Positions 17,552 through 25,943 of a stretch of 35,722 nt of DNA are shown here, piece after piece. Both the position numbers and the translations under genes were made by a program. The first letter of the stretch is position 1, and every line of letters begins with the position of its first letter. This DNA is from Thermoleophilia bacterium (GTDB lineage Bacteria > Actinomycetota > Thermoleophilia > Gaiellales > SKUG01): NCBI GenBank assembly GCA_025964405.1, contig JAOPYW010000005.1:1-35722 (forward strand). Direction: 5' to 3'. The notes below the pieces were generated by a model. That model did no database searches, was not told the DNA's origin, and was given only the letters and a program-made list of their open reading frames with translations.

Positions 17552-18217
17552 TCAGCCGACGGCGTGCACGAGGGGCGCCGCGACGAGCAGGCCCAGCGCG
17601 AGGCCGAGGGCCGCACCGGCCACGACGTCGCCGAGGAAGTGCATGCCGAGCATGACGCGGCTCCACCCCAGGCCGGCGGCAACCAGCCACCAGACGATGG
17701 GCACGCCGACCAGCTCGCTCATCGTGGCAGCTCCCACCATCGCCATCGACGTGTGTGCGCTCGGGAAGGAGTAGCTGCCGGGCGCGTGCTCGATCGCGCG
17801 CTGCAGGGGGCGCGGTCGCTTGAAGCGGCCCTTGATGAGCGTGTTGAGCAGCAGCATCGCGATCACGCAGGCGGCCGCCACCGCGCCCTGCAGGAGGCCC
17901 GCGCCGAAGATGCCGACGATCGCGAAGAGCACGACCCAGCCGACGCCGTAGCTGCCTGCCTCCGAGAAGCGACGCAGGTACACCACCCACGGCTTGGGCG
18001 TGCCGTCGAGGCGCGCCTTGACCAGGATACGGTCGGTCAGCTGGTGGTCGACGTGACCGAGCGCGGCGAGTAGGCCCGTGCGCGGACGCGCGGGCGGTTC
18101 GGCGATCGGCCCGTCGCCGACGGACTGCATGCCCTCGGGAACATCGGAACCTTCGCCGGGGAGCTGCACCGAGGTGACGCGGGCATCGCGCTCCCCAGCG
18201 GCATCCTCACGAGTCAC
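17552..18217 (-). CDS. PAP2-family (type 2 phosphatidic acid phosphatase-like) membrane phosphatase
   Basis: PAP2 motifs KGRFKRPRP, SFPSAHT and GMHFLGDVVAG. The GTG start overlaps the DUF3107 stop (GTGA). Confidence 0.75.
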   Translation of the reverse strand: MTREDAAGERDARVTSVQLPGEGSDVPEGMQSVGDGPIAEPPARPRTGLLAALGHVDHQLTDRILVKARLDGTPKPWVVYLRRFSEAGSYGVGWVVLFAIVGIFGAGLLQGAVAAACVIAMLLLNTLIKGRFKRPRPLQRAIEHAPGSYSFPSAHTSMAMVGAATMSELVGVPIVWWLVAAGLGWSRVMLGMHFLGDVVAGAALGLALGLLVAAPLVHAVG

Positions 18218-18432
18218 GCAGAGAAGCCGATGCCGCGCGACTGGGCGGCGACGCGCACGAAGACCACCTTCGAGGCGTCGACCGAGAACTCGGCGCCGTC
18301 GGTGTTGGTGACGGTCGTCCAGCCATCACCGCGGAGTGCCTCGCGGAAGCTCGTGAGCTGGTCCTCGGGAACGCTCACCGCGGTGCTGGCACCACCCTCG
18401 AGTCCGAGCTCGACTGAAATGTCCTTGGCCAT
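18214..18432 (-). CDS. DUF3107 domain-containing protein
   Basis: 72 aa starting at ATG 18432 (MAKDISVELGLEGGAST...VVFVRVAAQSRGIGFSA). Size and pattern match my memory of the actinobacterial DUF3107 family. Confidence 0.6.
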   Translation of the reverse strand: MAKDISVELGLEGGASTAVSVPEDQLTSFREALRGDGWTTVTNTDGAEFSVDASKVVFVRVAAQSRGIGFSA

Positions 18433-18533
18433 GCGAAATCCTTCGTCGTGTCTGTCTGGGAGAAGATGCCACGCCGGGGCGCAGACTGCAGCACTACCCA
18501 CGCGCGAGGCGCGTGGAACCGAGCAGCGCCCGA

Positions 18534-20099
18534 TCAGGCCTCGGGTTCCGGCACAACGTTGAACGCGGCGACCTCACCCTTGGGCGGGTCGCTCGTGAGC
18601 GGCGTCGGCGACAGGCGCGTGAGCCCGAGGATCTCCTCGACCTCGGTCTGGTCGAGCGTCTCCTTCTCGAGCAGTACGAGCGCGAGCTTCTCGAGCAGGT
18701 CCTCGCGCTCGGCGAGCATCGAACGCGCGCGGTCGTAGGCGTGGTCGGCGAGCTCGCGCTGCTCCATGTCGCGGAGCTCCTTGGTGCGCTCCGACAGCGA
18801 GTAGTTGTCGGCCTTGAGCGCGAGCGAGTTGACGGTCTTGCCCATGCCCCAGTCGAACACCATGGCGCGGCTGATCGCGCTGACCTTCTCGAGGTCGCTC
18901 GACGCGCCGTTCCAGATGCGACCGAACTTGAGCTCCTCGGCGGCCCGGCCACCGAGCGCGACGATCATCTGGTTGATGAGTTCCTCGCGCGATTCGGTGT
19001 ACTTGTCCTCCTCGGGCACGTGCAGCACGTAGCCGAGCGCCTGGCCCGTGGGCACGATCGTGATGCGGTGCACGGGGCGTCGCGGCTCGACGAACGACGA
19101 CAGGATGGCGTGTCCGGCCTCGTGGTAGGCGACCGTGGTGCGCTCCTCGACCGTCATCACCTTGGCCTGGGCGATACCCGTGACGACGCGCTCGAAGGCG
19201 GCCTCGAAGTCCTTCTGGATGATCTCGGTGCGCCCGGCGCGGCCGGCGTAGATCGCGGCCTCGTTGCAGATGTTCGCGAGGTCGGCGCCGGTGGCCCCCG
19301 GCGTGCGTCGCGCCACCATGGCGAGGTCGAGGTCGTCGGCGAGGGGCTTGCCCTTCGTGTGCACCAGGAGGATCTCGTGCCGGCCCTTCACGTCCGGCGG
19401 TCCGACGTAGATCGAGCGGTCGAAGCGGCCGGCGCGCAGGAGCGCGGGGTCGAGCGTCTCGAGCCGGTTCGTGGCGCCGATGATGACGACCTGGTCCTCG
19501 CCGCCGAAGCCGTCGAGTTCGACGAGCAGCTGGTTGAGTGTCTGGTCCTTCTCGCGGGAGCCACCGTCGCCACCACCCGTGCGCGCACCGCCGATGGCGT
19601 CCATCTCGTCGATGAAGATGATCGCGGGGGAGTTCTTGCGCGCCTCCGCGAAGAGCCTGCGGATGCGGGCCGCACCGAGGCCGGCGAACATCTCGACGAA
19701 GCCGGATGCGCTCTGCGCGTAGAACATGGCGCCCGACTCGCCGGCGACCGCCTTCGCGAGGAGGGTCTTGCCGGTGCCGGGCGGCCCGTACAGCATCACG
19801 CCCTTGGGCACCTTCGCGCCGAGCGCGCGGAAGCGCGCCGGGTCACGGATGAACTCGACGACCTCCTCGAGCTCCTTGCGGAACTCGTCGACGCCGGCGA
19901 CGTCCTTCCAGCCGACGGCACTGGCCGATTCCGGGCTCTGCACCTGGGTCTGCGTCTTGGGCATCATCTTGAACATGATCCAGACGATGGCGCCGAACAG
20001 CACGAGCACCAGCACGGGCGAATAGGCGACGAGGAAACCGGGGATGCCGCGCAGGAACTCAGCGAGTGACTGCACGAAGGTGGCGAGGATGTCGTTCAT
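18534..20099 (-). CDS. FtsH-like AAA+ ATPase / M41 zinc metalloprotease paralog with one TM helix and no periplasmic domain
   Basis: Walker A GPPGTGKT, Walker B IIFIDEMD, SRH ATNRLETLDPALLRAGRFD and zinc motif HEAGHA. One N-terminal helix (VLVLVLFGAIVWIMF) is followed directly by the AAA module. I moved the start to ATG 20099 (MNDILATF...). Confidence 0.85.
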   Translation of the reverse strand: MNDILATFVQSLAEFLRGIPGFLVAYSPVLVLVLFGAIVWIMFKMMPKTQTQVQSPESASAVGWKDVAGVDEFRKELEEVVEFIRDPARFRALGAKVPKGVMLYGPPGTGKTLLAKAVAGESGAMFYAQSASGFVEMFAGLGAARIRRLFAEARKNSPAIIFIDEMDAIGGARTGGGDGGSREKDQTLNQLLVELDGFGGEDQVVIIGATNRLETLDPALLRAGRFDRSIYVGPPDVKGRHEILLVHTKGKPLADDLDLAMVARRTPGATGADLANICNEAAIYAGRAGRTEIIQKDFEAAFERVVTGIAQAKVMTVEERTTVAYHEAGHAILSSFVEPRRPVHRITIVPTGQALGYVLHVPEEDKYTESREELINQMIVALGGRAAEELKFGRIWNGASSDLEKVSAISRAMVFDWGMGKTVNSLALKADNYSLSERTKELRDMEQRELADHAYDRARSMLAEREDLLEKLALVLLEKETLDQTEVEEILGLTRLSPTPLTSDPPKGEVAAFNVVPEPEA

Positions 20100-20367
20100 A
20101 CCCGCGGGCATCGGCAGGCGCCCACCCCCGCTTGAGCATGCTCCCGAGACCGGATGGTTCCTCCGCTCACCGGGGGCGGAGCACCGACGGAGCTGGAGCA
20201 CTGCACGGAAGGAGGCTGGTCGTTTTCACAGCAGTTTGTTGCCCTTTACCCCTCAAGCTCCTGAGGTTTCGAGCCGAAAGGGTGGGGGCAGGATGACAAC
20301 GAATCCGGCGCTGTGCTGCACGTAAGTCGTGCGCCACCGTGTCCGGCAGTTCGAGGGGAGCACCACC

Positions 20368-20802
20368 ATGAGCCAGACCGGAGAAGAGCGCCTGCGCGCA
20401 CTCGAGCAGCTGCGAGCTGAGCTGCTGAGCGGCGGGCGCAGCGCGGAACTGGAAGCACTCGACCAGGTGCTCGCCGCAACGCGAGCCACGCTGCCCTCGA
20501 CGTCGGTTGCCGCCGACACGAGCAGCGCGACGGGCAACGCCCGCCAGGTCGCTGATGCCACGCCCGGCACGGCCGGCAAGGCCCAGCCCAAGACGTTCCT
20601 CAAGCTCAAGAAGAAGTACTACACGCCCGCCGAGGTCGCACGCCGTGTCGGCGTGTCGCGCCAGACGATCGTGAAGTGGATCGAGCGCGGCGAACTGGAG
20701 GCCGAGCTCACGCCCGGTGGCCATCACCGCATCCCCGCCAGCGTCTTCCATCGCGAGGGCCGCGGCGAAGCCGTGCAGCTCATCCCGGTCGAGGAAGAGT
20801 AA
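20368..20802 (+). CDS. Excisionase/MerR-superfamily helix-turn-helix DNA-binding protein
   Basis: ATG 20368 follows GAGGGGAG. HTH_17-like YYTPAEVARRVGVSRQTIVKWIERGELEAELTPGGHHRI. The N-terminal half looks coiled-coil-like. Confidence 0.65.
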   Translation: MSQTGEERLRALEQLRAELLSGGRSAELEALDQVLAATRATLPSTSVAADTSSATGNARQVADATPGTAGKAQPKTFLKLKKKYYTPAEVARRVGVSRQTIVKWIERGELEAELTPGGHHRIPASVFHREGRGEAVQLIPVEEE

Positions 20803-20889
20803 CCAAGGACTGCGCCCCGGCCCGCGCCCACCGCGGGGTACCAGCGTGACAGGGAGGGGAGCCCTGCTGCTGGAACGCGCAATTGACGA

Positions 20890-20924
20890 GGGAGACCCGG
20901 CTTCGGCCCGGTCTCCCTTGTTGT
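20890..20924 (+). terminator. Intrinsic terminator with UUCG tetraloop in a convergent intergenic region
   Basis: gggagacc(c)ggc-ttcg-gcc-ggtctccc is followed by ttgttgt. It lies between the convergent HTH gene and the SSI-like gene. Confidence 0.6.
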
Positions 20925-20963
20925 AATTCCCGGCCCCGTCGTCGATCGATCGGGGGAGCTGGG

Positions 20964-21479
20964 TCAGCCGGCGTACCCGGCGGCCGTGAAGAGTGCGGCG
21001 GCCGCATCCCAGTGCGCGACGGCGCATGCGTCGGTTCGTGCGTAGCTCGTCTTCACGGCGCGCCCCTCGTAGGTGCCGGTGATCGTGGCGCGCTGCGGGC
21101 CGGCGCCGGTGTCGGCGCACACCCCGGCCGCCGGGTCGACCTCGTAGGCGTCGAGCACCTCGGGCGACGCCGCCACCAGGTTGCACGCGTTGCGCACCGC
21201 GTTGTTGGCGAAGTGGTCGGGCGGGCACGTGATCGTCGCGCCGGCTCCCGCCGCCCCCGACCCCGTCGCCTGCACCTCGACGGTGAGCTCCGCCGCGATG
21301 TCGGCTCCCGTCTTCGTGGCGGCCGGTGCCGTCGTGGTCGTCGTGGCGGTCGTCGTCGAGCTGGTGGTCGCGCTCGCCCCCGGCCGCTTGGTGTCACCGT
21401 CGCCGCCACCACACCCACTCGCCAGCACGGCTGCCGTCGTCACGAACAGGAGGGGCAGGGCTCGGCGCATGGCGGGCAT
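20964..21479 (-). CDS. Lipoprotein with subtilisin-inhibitor (SSI)-like domain
   Basis: Signal peptide plus lipobox LLFVTTAAVLASGC and a Thr-rich linker. The domain has four Cys spaced 15/22/31, against 15/21/30 for Cys35-50-71-101 of Streptomyces SSI as I recall it. SSI-like strands ELTVEV, ATITC and ITGTYEGRAV (compare VDGVWQGKRV). Confidence 0.6.
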   Translation of the reverse strand: MPAMRRALPLLFVTTAAVLASGCGGGDGDTKRPGASATTSSTTTATTTTTAPAATKTGADIAAELTVEVQATGSGAAGAGATITCPPDHFANNAVRNACNLVAASPEVLDAYEVDPAAGVCADTGAGPQRATITGTYEGRAVKTSYARTDACAVAHWDAAAALFTAAGYAG

Positions 21480-21565
21480 GGTGGTTCCTCGATCGGTGCG
21501 GGCGGCTTCGTGGGAGTGGTTGGTCGCTGGCGTCGGCGCGGTTCAGCGACGCAGCGACGCAACGT

Positions 21566-22387
21566 TCACGCGTGGGTGCGACGCTCGACGGCGAGCACGC
21601 GCTCGAGTGCTGCTTCCGCCACCTCGAGCTGGGCGTCGGTCGGTTCCTGCGTCGTGGCGTGGGTCTGCAGGGTGATGCCGAGGCGCTGCGAGGCGCGCGC
21701 GATCGCACCGCCCCTGCCGCGGTGGGCGGCCCGGAAGAGCTCGGTCGCCGCCGCCACGCCGAGCAGCTGACCGAGCAGTGGGGCGCTGCGACGCGTGTGG
21801 CGCGGGAGCACCGCGAAGAGCGTGTGCGTGGCGATCGCGCTGAACACGACCATCGGGATCGCCAGCTGCGTGCCGCACCGCGGGTGCTCACGCGTCGCCT
21901 CGCGCGCGGCGATGCCCTGCTCGTAGCCGCCGATCGCCTTGTGTTCGGCGCCGTGGTACTGCGCGATGTCGCCGATGCGCATCGTCGCGAAGGTCGATGC
22001 GAGCGACCCGAGGGTCGCGACCGCTTCACTCGCCGCGCCCGGCCCGAACCCCATGCGCGCCGTGCGCACGAGCACCGCCCCCGCCGCCGTCACGCCCAGC
22101 ACGTCGGGTGATTCGAGGCTCAGTCGCGAATCCGGGAGCGCCCGACGCAGGCGCGGCAGCACCAGCAGCATGTTGAGCAGTCGCACCGGCCCGCGCAGCA
22201 GCGGCACCTTCGCCGAGAGCGTCTCGCCGACCGTCGGCCGGCGCCCGGCTGCCGTCTCGAGGCCACCCCCGCGCGTGCGGATCGTCGCGGCCCACGACGT
22301 GGGGCCGAGCATGAGCACGCCGTTGCGCAGGGCCATGCCGGCGAGGTGCAGGTGCGGTTCGTGGTCGTGCGCAGCAGGTTCGGCCAT
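21566..22387 (-). CDS. DUF1385 domain-containing membrane protein
   Basis: YHGAEHK motif, plus GMALRNGVLMLGP near the N-terminus and hydrophobic C-terminal helices. Start is ATG 22387 or 22405. The 5' part of the 415-aa track ORF is an artefact. Confidence 0.65.
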   Translation of the reverse strand: MAEPAAHDHEPHLHLAGMALRNGVLMLGPTSWAATIRTRGGGLETAAGRRPTVGETLSAKVPLLRGPVRLLNMLLVLPRLRRALPDSRLSLESPDVLGVTAAGAVLVRTARMGFGPGAASEAVATLGSLASTFATMRIGDIAQYHGAEHKAIGGYEQGIAAREATREHPRCGTQLAIPMVVFSAIATHTLFAVLPRHTRRSAPLLGQLLGVAAATELFRAAHRGRGGAIARASQRLGITLQTHATTQEPTDAQLEVAEAALERVLAVERRTHA

Positions 22388-22453
22388 GTACACAGCATGC
22401 CCCATGGCGGCCGCGCCACCCCCCTTCGCCCGCGAACTGCGAGAATCAGCGGT

Positions 22454-23632
22454 GTGAACGACCTCTTCCACGCAGCGGCCGACGAGCACCGCGCGCGCAT
22501 CGCGCCACTGGCCGACCGCATGCGCCCGCGATCCTTCAGCGAGATCGTCGGGCAGCAGCGGCTCGTCGGCGACGACGGTCGCCTCGCGAAGCAGCTCGCC
22601 GGCGGCCACGTGCCGAACATGGTCATCGTGGGCCCGCCCGGCACCGGCAAGACCACGCTCGCCCGCCTGGTCGCCGAAGCGGCAGGCATGGCGCTCGAGG
22701 AGCTGTCGGCGGTCGCGGCCGGCCTCGCCGACGTGCGGCGCGTGGTCGAGGAGGCGCGCACGCGCCTCGGATCCACCGGGCGCCAGACGGTGCTCTTCCT
22801 CGACGAGATCCACCGCTTCAACCGGTCGCAGCAGGATGCGCTCCTGCCGACCGTCGAAGCCGGCGTGATCCGGCTCGTCGGCGCCACGACCGAGAACCCC
22901 TACGTCTCGATCAACAAGGCGCTGCTCTCACGCCTCGTCACGTACGAGCTGGAGCCGCTCAAGCGTGACGCCATCACGGCCCTGCTGCAGCGCGCAGCCG
23001 ACGACACCGAACGGGGGCTCGCCAGCGGCGGCGCCGTGACGCTCGAGCAGTCGGCGATCGACGCCATCCTCGAGCGTGCGGGCGGCGACGCCCGTGGCGC
23101 GCTCACCCTCCTCGAGGCCGCCAGCCTGCTCGCCACCGACCGCGTGATCGACGCGGCCGCGGTCGAGGCGGCCAGCGACCGTCGACGCATCGACTACGAC
23201 CGCGCCGGCGACCAGCACTACGACCACGCCTCCGCCTACATCAAGTCGATGCGCGCCTCCGACCCCGAGACCGCGCTGCACATGCTGGCGCAGATGCTCG
23301 TGAGCGGCGAGGATCCGATGTTCATCGCGCGCCGCCTGTTCATCTTCGCGGCCGAGGACGTCGGTGCCGCCAAGCCCAACGCGCTCCTGCTCGCCGGCGC
23401 CGCGCTCGAGAGCGTGCGCTCGCTCGGCATGCCGGAGTGCAAGTTCGCCCTCGCGCAGGTCACGCGCTACTGCGCCGAGGCGCCCAAGTCGCGCCAGGCC
23501 GTCGACGACATCTCCCGGCACATGGACGCCGTCACGTCGGGCGGCACTGCTGACATCCCGCTCGCGCTCACCAACCGCCCCGGCGCCCAGCAGGCTCGCC
23601 GCGACGCCGCGCGACTGGACCGGCACTCGTGA
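22454..23632 (+). CDS. rarA: Replication-associated recombination protein A (RarA/MgsA AAA+ ATPase)
   Basis: LADRMRPRSFSEIVGQQ, Walker A GPPGTGKTTLA, Walker B VLFLDEIHRFN and the C-terminal MgsA motif HYDHASAYIKSMRASDPETALHMLAQML. The start (GTG 22454) is uncertain. Confidence 0.9.
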   Translation: MNDLFHAAADEHRARIAPLADRMRPRSFSEIVGQQRLVGDDGRLAKQLAGGHVPNMVIVGPPGTGKTTLARLVAEAAGMALEELSAVAAGLADVRRVVEEARTRLGSTGRQTVLFLDEIHRFNRSQQDALLPTVEAGVIRLVGATTENPYVSINKALLSRLVTYELEPLKRDAITALLQRAADDTERGLASGGAVTLEQSAIDAILERAGGDARGALTLLEAASLLATDRVIDAAAVEAASDRRRIDYDRAGDQHYDHASAYIKSMRASDPETALHMLAQMLVSGEDPMFIARRLFIFAAEDVGAAKPNALLLAGAALESVRSLGMPECKFALAQVTRYCAEAPKSRQAVDDISRHMDAVTSGGTADIPLALTNRPGAQQARRDAARLDRHS

Positions 23633-24147
23633 CCCGCGCCCGTCGCCTGCTCCGGTTCGGCGTCCTCGCCGTGCTCGTCGTCACGCTCGGCGTGTTCGCG
23701 GGCGGCTGCCGCAAGGTCATCTCCGACGTGCTGCTCGAGAGCCTCGTCTCCGACTACTACTACGACATCTCGACGGTGCGCGTCGACGTGCGCTGCCCGG
23801 AGGGCAAGACGCTGCGCACCGACAACGACTTCTTCTGCCACATCTACCGTGACGGAAAGCGTACCGGCCAGGTGCTCGTGCTCCCCCAGGACGACTACGG
23901 CCGCATGATCGTCAGCATCGAGACCCCGCTCGACATGGAGATCGTGCTTCCCTTCCTCAAGGACTGGCTCCGCCGCGACCAGCCCCAGCTCGTGGGCAAG
24001 CGCATCACGTGTCCCGAGGACATCATCCGCGAACCCGACCGCAACTTCGCCTGCCGAGTCGGCTCCCGCCGCGTCGAGGTGCGGCAGGTCGACGGCGTGT
24101 CGACGTTCGTCTTCAACCTGCTCGCGAAGGGCCAGAAGGTCCAATGA
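23629..24147 (+). CDS. Hypothetical lipoprotein (two Cys-pair repeats, DUF4333-like)
   Basis: The ATG overlaps the rarA stop. Signal peptide plus lipobox VVTLGVFAGGC. Two repeated C...C modules (VRCPEG...FFCHI and ITCPED...FACRV). Confidence 0.5.
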   Translation: MTRARRLLRFGVLAVLVVTLGVFAGGCRKVISDVLLESLVSDYYYDISTVRVDVRCPEGKTLRTDNDFFCHIYRDGKRTGQVLVLPQDDYGRMIVSIETPLDMEIVLPFLKDWLRRDQPQLVGKRITCPEDIIREPDRNFACRVGSRRVEVRQVDGVSTFVFNLLAKGQKVQ

Positions 24148-24947
24148 CCGATGCCGCCATCACCACCGTCGGCCTCACGCGCAGCTACGGCGCGACGAAG
24201 GCCGTCGACTCGCTCGACCTGCAGGTCGGTCCGGGGGAGCTGTTCGCGCTGCTCGGACCCAACGGTGCAGGCAAGAGCACGACGATCTCGATGCTCACCA
24301 CGCTCCTGCGCCCCGACGCCGGCTCGGCGACCGTCGCCGGCTTCGACGTGGTGCGCGAGCGCCGCGACGTGCGCCGCTCGATCGGCATCGTGTTCCAGGA
24401 TCCGACGCTCGACCTGTACCTCACCGTGACGGAGAACCTGCGCTTCCACGCGACCCTCTACGACATGGGGCGCGCCGACAGCACTGCGCGCATCCGGGAG
24501 CTGCTCGAACTGGTGGAGCTCGGCGAACGCCGCGACGACCTCGTGCGCACGCTGTCGGGCGGCCTGCGACGACGCCTCGAGCTGGCGCGCGCGCTCATGC
24601 ACCGTCCGAAGGTGCTCTTCCTCGACGAGCCGACGCTGGGGCTCGATCCACGCGCGCGTGCCTCGGTCGCCGAGCAGATCGACGGGCTGCGCGCCTCGCA
24701 GGGCACGACCGTCGTGCTCACGACGCACTACCTCGCCGAGGCCGAGCGGTGCGACCGCGTGGCGATCATCGACCGCGGCGTCATCGTCGCGCACGACACG
24801 CCCGACGCGCTCCGTGCGCAGGTGAGCCCCACGGCGACGCTCGACGACGTCTTCCTCCACGTCACGGGTCGGCCGATCGCCGACGAGGAACCATCGCTCG
24901 CCGACATGGGCCGAGACACCGACCGCCAGCGATCGGGCCGTGGATGA
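24144..24947 (+). CDS. ABC transporter ATP-binding protein (ABC-2/DrrA-like exporter type)
   Basis: ATGA overlap with the upstream gene. Walker A GPNGAGKST, signature LSGGLRRRLELA, Walker B VLFLDEPT. Confidence 0.9.
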   Translation: MTDAAITTVGLTRSYGATKAVDSLDLQVGPGELFALLGPNGAGKSTTISMLTTLLRPDAGSATVAGFDVVRERRDVRRSIGIVFQDPTLDLYLTVTENLRFHATLYDMGRADSTARIRELLELVELGERRDDLVRTLSGGLRRRLELARALMHRPKVLFLDEPTLGLDPRARASVAEQIDGLRASQGTTVVLTTHYLAEAERCDRVAIIDRGVIVAHDTPDALRAQVSPTATLDDVFLHVTGRPIADEEPSLADMGRDTDRQRSGRG

Positions 24948-25768
24948 GGGCCGAGCTCCGCACCATCGCCATGGTCGCGCGCCGCGAGCTGCTGACGTTC
25001 CGGCGCAACCCGGCGCGCATGCTCGTCACGCTCGTGCAGCCCGTGGCCTTCCTGCTCATCCTCGGCGCAGGGCTCGACGCTGCCGCGCAGGCCGTCGGCG
25101 GGCTCGACTACCGTTCCTACATCTTCCCCGGCGTGGTCGGCATGGCGGTCATCATGCCGGCGTTCTTCGCGGCGGGCAGCGTGGTCTACGACCGCGAGTT
25201 CGGGTTCCTGCGGGAGATGCTCGCCGCGCCCGTGAGTCGCTGGTCGATCGTGCTCGGCAAGTGCGTGGGCGGAGCGACGATCGCGGCGCTCCACGGCGCC
25301 GTCGTCGTGGCGTGCGCGGGGCTCGTCGAAGTGCCCTACACCGTCGGCATGGTGCTCGGCCTGCTCGGCCTCGCCTGGCTCCTCGGCTTCATGCTCGTGG
25401 CCTTCGGGCTCGTCATCGCCGCCCGTGCGCGGCAGTTCCAGAACTACATGTCGACGGTGAACCTCATCGCGATGCCGATGCTGCTCGCATCGGGCGCGCT
25501 GTTCCCCCTCAGCGGCCTCCCTGACTGGCTCGGTGTGGTCACGCGACACGATCCGCTCGCCTACGTGGTCGATCCGATGCGGCGCATCGTCTTCCCGCTC
25601 CTCGACTTCAGCCAGCCAATCGCCCAGCAGATCTACCTGGTGCCCTCCGAAGCCCGCGTGACATGGGGCGACACCGTCGTTTCCGTGTGGCTGGAATTGG
25701 GACTGTTGGTGGGCATTACGGTGGTCTCACTGATTACCGCGGTGCGGCGGTTGGACCGTGACGACTAG
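24944..25768 (+). CDS. ABC-2 type transporter permease
   Basis: ATGA overlap with the ATPase gene. Six hydrophobic helices. N-terminal RRELLTFRRNPARML is typical of ABC-2 permeases. Confidence 0.8.
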   Translation: MRAELRTIAMVARRELLTFRRNPARMLVTLVQPVAFLLILGAGLDAAAQAVGGLDYRSYIFPGVVGMAVIMPAFFAAGSVVYDREFGFLREMLAAPVSRWSIVLGKCVGGATIAALHGAVVVACAGLVEVPYTVGMVLGLLGLAWLLGFMLVAFGLVIAARARQFQNYMSTVNLIAMPMLLASGALFPLSGLPDWLGVVTRHDPLAYVVDPMRRIVFPLLDFSQPIAQQIYLVPSEARVTWGDTVVSVWLELGLLVGITVVSLITAVRRLDRDD

Positions 25769-25844
25769 GGGCAGTATGCTCAGTAACGAATGCCCCTCCT
25801 TGCTACGATACGCAGGGAGAAGCCACCTGCTCAAGGAGAACGTC

Positions 25845-25919
25845 ATGACCTGGACCAAGCCGTCATTCACCAAGCTCGAGCTCGCGTGTGAGGTCACCCT
25901 CTACCGCCACGCTCGCTGA
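25845..25919 (+). CDS. pqqA: PqqA, precursor peptide of pyrroloquinoline quinone (24 aa; absent from the ORF track)
   Basis: ATG 25845 to TGA 25917-25919, with AAGGAGA at 25833-25839. Translation MTWTKPSFTKLELACEVTLYRHAR contains the invariant PqqA E-x-x-x-Y core (E16 VTL Y20) and the W-x-x-P N-terminal pattern. It sits directly upstream of pqqBCDE. Confidence 0.8.
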   Translation: MTWTKPSFTKLELACEVTLYRHAR

Positions 25920-25943
25920 GACCACGTCTCACCTGAGTTTCAG

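Noticed and set aside
20368-20802. The excisionase-family HTH gene as a marker of an integrated mobile element or prophage.
   Set aside because: No integrase, recombinase, tRNA attachment site or flanking direct repeats are visible. HTH_17-type regulators also occur as standalone chromosomal regulators.
25768-25844. A promoter call for pqqA (TACGAT at about 25804-25809) and a weak hairpin GGGGCA-N16-TGCCCC after the ABC-2 permease gene.
   Set aside because: I could not identify a convincing -35 element, and the hairpin has a 16-nt loop and no T-tract. Without transcript mapping I cannot say whether pqqA has its own promoter or is read through from the ABC genes.
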